Origin: a bacterium
Lineage (GTDB): Bacteria; SAR324; NAC60-12
Reading direction: 5' to 3'
Length of the DNA: 64,000 bases
Assembly (NCBI GenBank): GCA_965233585.1
Contig: CBDDTI010000212.1
Coordinates: forward strand, 1 to 64,000
The first letter of the stretch is position 1. Every line of letters begins with the position of its first letter. This document shows, in pieces, positions 53,900 to 64,000 of this stretch. The notes below the pieces were generated by a model, which saw nothing but the letters and a program-made list of their open reading frames with translations, searched no databases and was not told the origin of the DNA. Position numbers and translations under genes: made by a program.

Positions 53900-55315
53900 A
53901 GAATTAGGGTCCTTTTGAATGCTTTGAAGTACTGGGTCCGGATCAGTCTTGAAGCAGCAAACTTACTTTTAAAAAGAATACCTTCAAGAAATTGATTAAT
54001 AGCGACTTCCAAGGCTCTTCCCAACCCCTTTAAATGCTTCAAAGTACCTCCAGTTAGGTCTCGGAGCGGCAAACGTACTTTTAAATGAATATGTTCAAGA
54101 AATTAATTAAAAGCAACTTCAGAGGCTTTTCCGACCCCTTCAAATGCTTTGAAGTGTCCAGCAAAAGTACTTTTAAAGACATGAAATCAAATAGATCTCA
54201 AAGTGGGTTCCCCTTTCGCCAACCAACCCTCTTAAATGCTTCAAAGTACTGGGCCTGCATCGGTCTTGAAGCAGCAAAAGTACTTTCAAAGACGTGAAAT
54301 CAAATCAATCTTGAAGCAGGTTGCCCTTTGGCCGACCAACCTCTTTTAAATACTTCGAAGTACCGGGCCTGCATCGGTCTTGAAGCAGCAAAAGTACTTT
54401 CAAAGACGCGAAATCAATCAATCTTGAAGCAAGTTCCCCTTTTGGCCCACCAACCTCTTTTAAATCCTTTCGAAGTACCGGGCCTGCATCGGTCTTGAAG
54501 CAGCAAAAGTGCTTTCAAAGATGCGAAATCAAATCAATCTTAAAGCAGGTTCCCTTTTGGCTGACCAACCTCTTTTAAATGCTTTGAAGTACCGGGCCTG
54601 CATCGGTCTTGAAGCAGCCAAAGTACTTTCAAAGACCCGAAATCAAATCAATCTTGAAGCAGGTTCCCTTTTGGCCGACCAACCTCTTTTACATGCTTTG
54701 AAGTACTGGGCCTGCATCGGTCTTGAAGCAGCCAAAGTACTTTCAAAGACCTGCTTCAAGACCGATGCAGGCCCGGTACTTCAAAGCATTTAAAAGAGGT
54801 TGGTCAGCCAAAAGGGAACCTGCTTTAAGATTGATTTGATTTCGCATCTTTGAAAGCACTTTTGCTGCTTCAAGACCGATGCAGGCCCGGTACTTCGAAA
54901 GGATTTAAAAGAGGTTGGTGGGCCAAAAGGGGAACTTGCTTCAAGATTGATTGATTTCGCGTCTTTGAAAGTACTTTTGCTGCTTCAAGACCGATGCAGG
55001 CCCAGTACTTCAAAGCATGTAAAAGAGGTTGGTCGGCCAAAAGGGAACCTGCTTCAAGATTGATTTGATTTCGGGTCTTTGAAAGTACTTTGGCTGCTTC
55101 AAGACCGATGCAGGCCCGGTACTTCAAAGCATTTAAAACAGGTTGGTCGCCAAAAGGGAACCTGCTTCAAGATTGATTGATTTCAGGTCTTTGAAAGTAC
55201 TTTGGCGTGAAATCAAATCAATCTTGAAGCAGGTTCCCCTTTGGCCGACCAACCTCTTTTAAATGCTTTGAAGTACTGGGTCCGGATCGTTTTTGAAGCG
55301 GCAAAAGTACTTTTA
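53900..55315. repeat. ~120 bp tandem array with an internal inversion (~54752-55205)
   Basis: GGCCTGCATCGGTCTTGAAGCAGC units switch to the reverse complement and back. Confidence 0.88.
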
Positions 55316-55519
55316 ATTAAACATATGTTAAATGATGTGAAATTAAAGCAAAACCTTTTGATGATTAGCCTGAAATGAAACTCCCTCAAAGCTATATTTT
55401 CTCGACGGGTCTGAGCTTTCTTCATATGAAGTCTTAATAGCTTAGGATGTCTGGGTCGAGATTTTAAATGAACTTATTTGCTGAACTTTTTGGGGTCTTG
55501 AGAAGATTCTTTTTCCGGA

Positions 55520-56480
55520 TCATTTTTGCGAAATCATTAGGAAATGACACATTGAATCTTGTTTCATCTCCCTAGTCACAAAGCCATCATGATGACCAAC
55601 AGCCACTCAAACCATTGCTTCCTTCGTTGATCAGCAAGCAACACCACGTCTCCTACTTTGAGATTGACCTCTGGATCTGCAGTCCACTTGGAACTTGTCT
55701 GCAACTCCAGCAAATACTCCTTCTGAAACCTTTTCCAGTAAATGTTTGCTACCTCCTGTCATCTGGACCATAAACTAATCGGGGACTTAGCAATGTCCTC
55801 GCCTTGACTATCTTTGTACCATAGATTGCCAATGGGGTCTCCCAAACATAAGCGATAATGGAGTAATTGTAATTCCAAATCCTCAGGATCACTTCCTACC
55901 ATGGTCAATGGCCTGTTGTTGATCATAGCCTCAATGTCACAAAATTGTTTGAATCTCCAGGAAAGTCAAAGGATGCTTTCCTAGCACTATCTTCAATGGC
56001 ACCTCCACTACCCCCACCTGTTGCTCCTAAAACCCATCTTCCCATGGACTGAAGGTGTGGATGAAACTGAACTCAATATGCAATTCCCCACAAACCTGAC
56101 CACTCTTGGCCAAAAGCTTCCTTAGCTCCTTTGGAGACTGCCAAAATTGTTTGGTGTTTTATCAATCGATAGGGCACCCTGGTCATGCCACAAATCTTCT
56201 CAAAGCCAAAATAAAGGCCTCTGTGGACATGGAATCCACAAACTCCAAGTGGGCAGCCCTACTGATCATACACATCCACAACGTAATCCATTCTTTGGAA
56301 ACCTTGAAGGAATTCCATCAAGGGACCATCTTCTTGTAATGAACAGGGCCCAAGTAATCCACTCCGCAATGAACCCAACATTCATAGGGCTTGACCATCT
56401 CATAAGGCAGTGTCGCCATCATCATTACGAATGCCTTCGCCTTATATAACTTGCACCAACCACTTTGACCAATGACACTT
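55520..56480 (-). pseudogene. Decayed BEL/Pao integrase
   Basis: Minus-strand fragments DYLGP, AHLEFVDSM..E.FILALRRF, IEAMINNRPLT and LKVGDVVL with many stops and indels. Confidence 0.7.
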
Positions 56481-57476
56481 CTGACTATTTTCAATTCTCT
56501 TACAATTCAAAACTTCTCTCTTAGGGAGCTGTGAACCCATTATGGTCCTACATGTTGATTAAGCAAGTGACAATCCATAACAATCAACCCTGTCAAGGTG
56601 GAATCCTCAGGCAGAATATTGAACCGAAAAGCCCAAGACTTGAGGTTCCAATGTACTATCTACCTGGTTATTGTATCTCTGTTGTAAATATTTCTTTCTC
56701 TTTCTCTCCTCCCCAATAACATGTGGATAAAATTATTACTTTCTAATGTAACTGTCATGTAGTGTAAATAAATCAGTTGATTCACGGACAAGTAACAGAA
56801 AGGACGTGTCTCAACATCTGGAATTGCCATTCATAATTCTTGCATTTTTGTTGTGAATTATTTGCTGTGAATTGTTTGTGATTTGTTTGCTCTTTCATCA
56901 GGAATACGATCAAGTCGGAAACCTTTGATTGAGATCAACTTGTCCAACAGCATCTGGCTGTAGTCGATCCTTGCGGACTTAAGCACACCTTAACGTCTGC
57001 AAGGCCGACCTTCGCAGTTGATTCCGGAACCCGATCATCTCGTCCTTTCTTCCGAGTTCACTCATTCAGAATCCATAAGGTTGGAACTCGGCTACACCAG
57101 GGGACCTACCGGAAAAGGCCGGTAAGGTTCACCTGGTAGCAGCGCTGTGCCCTCCTCTTTTTTGGGGGGGAGGTGTACAGGGCGTACCTCGTTGCAGAAG
57201 AGACGCCTCTGCACGACCAATGCTACCACCAAAAGACGGTTTAGTATCAGTTGACCTTTAAAGTTTATTAATCCGTCATCTAATCCGTCATCCATTGTCC
57301 AAAATTATTCAAAATTGTTCAAAATTCTTTTGCCTTTAGGTACCATTTCGTCCTTTTTCGTTTAAGTTTGATCTTTAATTTCCTCAGTTGTTTCAGTTAG
57401 TCACCTCCATGGCCTAACGGCCTAAGAGGAGGTAGAGGATTCGGCTCAGAATGATACAGGAATGTCACAAAGAGGT

Positions 57477-57618
57477 CATTATCATCGCCCCAATCATCAT
57501 CATCGTCCCACTCATCATCATCGTCCCAATCATCATCATCATCCCAATCATCATCATCATCCCAATCATCATCATCGTCCCAATCATCATCATCGTCCCA
57601 GTCCCAGTCATCATCATC
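57477..57618. repeat. 18 bp minisatellite (CCCAATCATCATCATCRT)n
   Basis: About 7 copies; reads WDDDDD on the minus strand. Confidence 0.88.
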
Positions 57619-59079
57619 AGATTCAGGCAATTGGAGTTAAAGTAGAAAATTGGTAGGAGAATAGGACGCGAGGCGTCTGGCAGAGTAACTTGGAGATGCT
57701 GGACTTGAAAGCAAGTGCTGAAGTGCCGGAGAGCATTGCCCAGCGCGGGCAATCAGTGTGAGGGCCATAGGGAGAGGGTCGGGAACTCCGGTGTCCTGGG
57801 GCCGGGTTCCTTACGGTAAGCACGCAACTCTAGTGTGTTGGGGTCTCGCCAGAGGCAAGGGCAAGATCGGTGTCCGGCTACTCCCAGGCAGAGTCGGATG
57901 TAGGCGCGAGGCTGTGGCAGGTCCAGAGGGACGAAGACGGGTATTCTGGATTCTCGAGCTTGGCAGCCTCAACCAGCAGATGGTGAGAAAGCCATGGAAG
58001 CCAGCAACAGGGTAGAGTAATAAAAGTGTGATTTTCGCATCCTGTCATAAAATCACAGGAAAAGGAGTTACTGCGCACAAAGGTGTCCCACAATGGTAAA
58101 ATTATGAGAATCACATCCTGTTGTAAATCACAGGATGAGAATTATCATATGGAAAATTCACACATGATTGCAAGTTGCAAAATGGCCAAATGGTGGCATC
58201 TGCTGGCTCGTCCCTTCTGGGGGGACTATGAGCTCGAGAACCCCGGAGGAGACCGCTTCACCACAGTCGTGAGAGAGTTGTTTTTGCTAAACCAAATGTG
58301 CTGGGGGGTTATCATTAGTGATAATAATTTGGAGAAATTAATAATTCGGAGAATTAACAACTTGGGAAAATTCACAATTTGGAGAAATTAGCAGTTTGGA
58401 GAAATTCACAATTTAGAAAATTAGCAAGAGGGTGTTTTTGAAATTCACATGGTCATAAAAATTTTTGATAGAGGAAATCAAAATTCACATGGCAATTAAA
58501 AATTGATAAGACCCACATGAGGTGGGAAATTTGAAGAAATCACATGGGGAGGAAGTCCCCTCCCCCTTCCTGTTATCACCTGGACATCTGTCCACAAACC
58601 TGGTATCTGAGCACAAACCTGGTATCAAATCATTCTGTTCTCGACCTCTACCTCGACAACATCTCTCAATTGGAAAGTGCAAGAGTCTTCTGACTTCCCA
58701 AAAACTTTGTGAAATTTTTGTGAAATCCATTCATCTCTCTCTTAAGACAATCCATCTAAGGTAAGCCTCTTTGAATCCAATCTTATTACCCAGAAACATC
58801 CAACTGTAGGTAGGTCTCAGTCGGGTTGGAAACTAAGTGGATCCTTTGTCAAGGTTCAACCTTTTCTCTTCATTGAACCATTACCCAAAGTAAGTCAAGT
58901 AGCAGTAGGTTAAATCTTAGATTGTTGGGAGCCCGTCCCGGGCTACCGGCTACAAGCCGGGGGTAAGTATTGCTCTTTTGGTTCAGCATTAAGCCACCAC
59001 TTCATTTCATAAAAATTCCGGTAGGGAAGAACGGGAACCGTTCTTAGTGGCAGGTTTAATCACGTTCCAATTTTCCAGC

Positions 59080-61645
59080 ATGGCCAGCAACAACCTAACC
59101 ACTGACGTGACCATGGCTACTCTAGCCAGAGGAATTCAAGCCATCCAAGCTGAACTTACTGCTATGAGGAACTGGGAGTCTGCCATGAGGGCCGATATCA
59201 CCGCCCTCCAAGGACAAGAAGGGCTTCAGAACCTCTCCCTGGATGAGCGGGGACGGGAACGCACCTACCGGCCGTTCCAAGGGGCCCCGCGTCCGCACAA
59301 TACGAAAGTCCAATATTTTTTCGAACCTTCCGGGAGAGAACTTCCTGGCCTGGCGCTCACAGTTCCAGGTCATCGTGGACTACCATTGATGGTCCGACCA
59401 GGAGGCCAAACAGCTCATGTATGCATACATGAAGGGCACCGCACTCGAGTCCGTCATGGACATTCCCATCACGGGACCGGAGTTGGCCAAAGAAACGTTG
59501 GACGAATACCAACGGCGGTTTCTCCCCGAGAGCGACTCCCAGTTGCTGCGGGCTCAGTTTGCCTGCGTGGTGCAACTCCCCAACGAGTCGGTCCAAAAAC
59601 TGCATGCCAGGATGAGGGTACTCTATCACCTGGCGTATCCCGACGCGTCTACGAGGAACGACGTCTTCCTCATCGAACGCTTCATTGCGGCCCTCAACAA
59701 CCGGGAGGTCCAAAACCACGTGAGGAGATGGAAGCCCCTGACTTACGCTGCTGCCCTGGTGGCCGCCAATGAAGAAACTTCTTTCGTCCTGATGGACCTC
59801 GCAACTCATGCCCCAGGCGGAGTACAGGCCCCCGTCCCGGGGGACACCAGTTCCATCGCCGCCTTGAAGGCCAGACGTTCAAGCACCAACATCCCGGGGG
59901 CCGGCACCTCTGGGACCAACACCAATGAGAAACGAAGGTGCTTCTATTGTGACGGGGAAGGCCACATCCGCGACCGCTGCCCGACACGATTGAAGGATTG
60001 CCTCCGCCAACAGACTCGGATGGGAGGCCGACGATCAGCTCCCTCTACCTCTGGCAAGACACGCCACCCCTTGCCTCGGTCCAACCTGACAAATCTGCGT
60101 CGGGTAAGGTTTGCTGAGGCCGCCAACACTTCGCCCACAGTGTCCGAAAGTTATGGGAGACGATGGATTGACGCCTTGGAGGGAGAAGACGACTCCCCCG
60201 GAGCCGGAAACGACGTTTGGGACGATGTGGATATCACCACATATGATGAGGCTACCGTGGCTGCGATGTACGAAAAACTCCAGGAGGAGGAGGAGGAGGA
60301 TTTTCTAGAAGGGCAGTAGATGAAAGGGCCCGTCCCTGCTGCCCCTTCTCTCATCGGACCCGTCTCCCAGAAATAGATCAGTTTTCTTCTGTGACATCGA
60401 AGCTCCAGCGGTCTCGAAAATGCACTAACCGCTTTTACTCTTTTCCAGCCATGAGTACCACCACAACCCCCGTAGCTGAGATAAACCTGCAGCCCTGCCA
60501 AACACACGGGTACAATGCGTACGTTCCTGTCCGCCTGGGGAAACTCAATCTCAACGCCTTCGTTGACAGCGGGAATATCTTTGCCAATGTCATTTCTCCG
60601 CAGACCATGGCTGCCCTGGGCATAGAGACGTCACAACTGGAGCCGGTACCTCAACTGTCCGTTGGCACTGCGGCCGCGGGTAAGAAAATGCGGGTGTTAG
60701 GACAAGCACGGTGGCTTGAGCTACAATTTGGGCAACATCCTGCGAAGTTCCGAATCCGGCCTCTGGTACTGCAAAGATTGGTACACCCATTTAACCTTTG
60801 TGGACCTTTCCTTCGGCGGGTAGGGATCGACCAACTCCACTCATGAGGCACCCTTCGCATCCATGGAAGAGAAGTCCCGATGTCGGCTCCCCGGGGGTCC
60901 AAGTCTCTGCCGCCCTCACCCGAGGTCTGCACTCTCCAGATGGAGCCCCCTCTTCCTGCGGGTGCTCTAGTGCTCATCCAGCCCACTGTGCGGTCCCTCC
61001 TGGGTGACAACCCCATCCTACAAGAAGTCCAGGCCGACGGCAGCTTGTCTGTGCTGGTCGACAATTTGGAATGCGGGGATGTTGACCTGGAACCGGGGAC
61101 CCTTGTGGGATCTGTCCAAGCGGTCACTGCCACGCTGGCCGCACTCCACTTGGACAACTCCCCTCCCCCGGAAGCTGCCACACACGCTGAGTTCAACGCT
61201 CTCCCCAAAAGGAGAAGATCAAGTGGGTGGTGACGCAGTTTCGCCTGGATGAGGCCCCAGCTCTCCAGAGAGATCCTCGCTTGCGAAAGGAAGTCATCCG
61301 TGTCCTTCTCGAGTTCTCTGACGTCATCTCAATCGGTGGATATGGTAAGACCAACCTCATCTCTCACCATATAGAAGTTCTCCCTGGAACGACTCCGATC
61401 AAGATGAAGCATCGGCCGTTGAACCCCATCATGGAGGAGTCATTGCGACAACAAATCGACAGGTGGCTGGAACAACCAGTGGTGGAGGAGGCCGATTCCC
61501 CGTGGTCCTTCCCGCTGGTCCCTGTTCCCAAGAAGAACAGCAAGGAGGTTCGCTGGGCTGTCGACTACCGCAAGCTCAACGCCGTCACCAAAAAGGACGC
61601 CTTCCCACTGCCGAACATAGCGGACAATCTCTCCCGCCTCTCCAC
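59080..61645 (+). mobile_element. Truncated Ty3/Gypsy retrotransposon (gag, protease, RT start)
   Basis: Gag with CFYCDGEGHIRDRC, protease AFVDSG and RT SPWSFPLVPVPKK...DYRKLN. Frameshifts and stops present; RT cut at ~61645. Confidence 0.92.
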
Positions 61646-62722
61646 TCAGGTTCACTCAGGACATCCAGAGGCTGCCCATTGTTTCACCAGAAGACCTTAG
61701 AAGAGAGATTTTTGTTTATCGGATTTCTCCTGCTCATCTGGAGTCTGGGAAGTAAGTTCACCAGAGCATCCTAATCTCGATTTGGTTCAATATGTAAAAA
61801 TCCATGTAAGCAAAACCCATTATAGAGTATTTATTTATTTCCTCTGCCAATAGTATGTTAGCCTGATAGTAATTTCAGGTTTCCCACATAAAACCCTGTT
61901 TTTGAACGATTTGTCTGAAGTTCACATTTGGTGTGAAAGTGAGGTGTGCAAATAGTGGACCCTATGTTTTCACATATATGAGTGCAAGTTTTGTGTGCCT
62001 ATAGTAGTCTCTATGTCAAGTTCACTATTTACACACCAATTGTTTATGTAGTACTGGCACAAAAGTTGTGCCAAATAAATGTGCAAATAAATCCTGCCTT
62101 GAAGTACATCAAGGTCATGGTGAGGCAACTAACGCCAGGCAGCTCATGAAACAAATGAACTATTGCTCAGATTGTTGAAGTATCAATGAGAAAAACCAGA
62201 CACCCTGATCCATAAGGCCACAGACAATGTTTTGATGACTTTGGGTTGCACATCAAGAGCAATCCTAATGAGACAGTTCAGGAAGTAGTATTGGCCCTGC
62301 AAAGGGTGCCTATGATGAAGATGGAACTCCTGAGGGAAAGAGCTCCTTGCATTCAGCAAGATGAGGAGGCAGCCATGGCAGCTTGGAAAATCCTGGACAA
62401 AGCAGTTGGAAGGACAAGTCCTGGACAGCATTGCAGAAATGGGAGAGCAGGAAGTCACCAAGGAGTATAAGAACTTGACAAGTACACCTACTACCGCTTC
62501 CCCGAATTAATTACACCTTTGATGAGTTAGCTGCTGCAGGATATGGCACTAAGAAGGTCCACAGTTATTTGTTGTATAGAAACCGGGTAGCATGAAGCTC
62601 AAATGAGATGCCTTCAGCCTGAAAGCATCTGAAAGCAGCTCAAATCATCTCAAATGCATCTGTTTTCATCTCATTGCAGATGGAAAGCAGCTTGTTGCAA
62701 TTGAAATGGCATCTGAATGCAG

Positions 62723-63001
62723 CTCAAAGCATCTCATTTCACCTCAATGTAAATTACATTGAGATGCTTTCAGCCTCAAAGCATCTCATTTCACCTCAAT
62801 GTAAATTACATTGAGATGCTTTCAGTCTACATTGAGATGAATTCGGTTCACATCGAGATGAATTCGGTCTACATTGAGATGAATTCGGCTTGCATCGAGA
62901 TGAATTCGGTTTACATCGAGATGAATTTGGTCTACATCGAGATGATTTCAGTCTACATCGAGATGAATTCTGTCTGCATTGAGATGAATTCGGTCTACAT
63001 T
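62723..63001. repeat. 21 bp minisatellite (TACATCGAGATGAATTCGGTC)n with a preceding ~50 bp duplication
   Basis: About 9 copies from ~62826. Confidence 0.88.
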
Positions 63002-63103
63002 CAGCTCGATGCAGTCAGGGTTTTTCACAGACAGAAGAAAAAGGCTTAGTTCAATCTAGATGGTAAATTCTAATCAAAAGTTTCTCTCATGTTCCTTATT
63101 TAT

Positions 63104-63949
63104 TTATTTCTTTCTCGTCAGCTTAGGATATTTTCTAAACAAAGGATTTTTTACCAGGCGCGGCTTTTTCGTTTTAACTGTTAATGATTTTCTGTACATA
63201 GGGTTTCTCACTAAGCGAGCGGGTTGCGGAATTTCATCAACATCTAATGCTCCAAGCATAACTCGCGGTTCCCTTTGAAAACGTTTCTTGTCTTTTAAAA
63301 GTTCCAAACCGATTTTTACAGGTGGTTTCCTTTTCGACAGTTTCTTCCTCAAAGGTTTTACGTTTCGACTTGAGGGGCCCTCGACAATGTTCAATTTTTC
63401 TAGCCTAACCTGAGGTTTGGTTAGAAAAAGTTTCCGATCTTTCAACAGCTCTGAACTTATCTTAATAGGCGGTTTCTTTTTCTCCTTTGATTGCGCGATA
63501 TTTTGCGGTTTTTTATCAACGACTAATTTCTCAAGTGCAACTTGCGGTTTCATTCGAAAAAGTTTCTCATCCTTCAAAAGTTCTACATCTATTTTAACCG
63601 GCATGTTAGTTTTCAACAGATTCCTCTCTGCTAAAGTTTTCTTCCCATCAAGTTTGAGGACATTCATCGGACTTTTCCTGATACCTAATTTCTTAAGCTC
63701 AACTCGCGGTTTCATTCTTAGCAGTTTCCTATCCTTCAAATGTTCCACATTTATTTTGACCGGAGTCTTCTTTTCCGGTTTCGGCACGTCCGTTTCTGAT
63801 GACTGCGGCTTCTTCCCATCAAGACTCATCGCATTTACAGGACCTTCGCTGATATCTAATTTTCCGAGCTCAACTCGAGGTCTCTTTCGCAACAGTTTCT
63901 CATCTTTCAAAAGATCTACACCGATGTTTACGGGCGAGTTCTTTTTCAT
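63104..63949 (-). CDS. Lys-rich repeat protein with five PxVxL motifs
   Basis: 281 aa open frame made of five ~45-55 aa repeats with diverged DNA but no stops. Confidence 0.7.
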   Translation of the reverse strand: MKKNSPVNIGVDLLKDEKLLRKRPRVELGKLDISEGPVNAMSLDGKKPQSSETDVPKPEKKTPVKINVEHLKDRKLLRMKPRVELKKLGIRKSPMNVLKLDGKKTLAERNLLKTNMPVKIDVELLKDEKLFRMKPQVALEKLVVDKKPQNIAQSKEKKKPPIKISSELLKDRKLFLTKPQVRLEKLNIVEGPSSRNVKPLRKKLSKRKPPVKIGLELLKDKKRFQREPRVMLGALDVDEIPQPARLVRNPMYRKSLTVKTKKPRLVKNPLFRKYPKLTRKK

Positions 63950-64000
63950 TTTTTTTTCCTTCGGTCTCTAACCTTGGCGCCATTATTCCCATTTATTACC

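Noticed and set aside
56680..56816. TGTTG...CAACA segment with AATAAA as a solo LTR
   Set aside because: No partner LTR in the window and no exact TSD.
57397..57752. WDDDDD / poly-His / poly-Met ORFs
   Set aside because: Produced by an 18 bp minisatellite; no unique domain or convincing start.

Overview
Eukaryotic (invertebrate-like: ~55-65 nt GT-AG introns, TATA plus TCAKT initiators) repeat-rich region made almost entirely of nested virus-like elements. (1) Three copies of one Maverick/Polinton family: copy C (1-2651, inverted, runs off the window), copy A (2652-15848, inserted into C) and copy B (29716-49015). A plus B reconstruct a ~23 kb element with pPolB, packaging ATPase, adenain protease, major and minor capsid proteins, chromo-integrase and core proteins. 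Its unusual features are its own TBP and TFIIB, a terminal-protein ORF separated from a vOTU-inactivated, intron-containing polymerase, two antisense genes nested in a polymerase intron, a tandem double penton, a spliced mucin-like membrane protein and mirrored paralogues inside both ends. (2) A 13.9 kb BEL/Pao LTR element (15849-29715) joins A to B without a target-site duplication. After pol it carries two membrane glycoprotein genes: a spliced, multi-furin ~1196 aa protein with its own TATA/Inr and a class I fusion Env. (3) 49016-64000 holds satellites, decayed BEL and Ty3/Gypsy remnants and an ORF with five PxVxL motifs. All family assignments come from motif recognition by eye; no searches were run.
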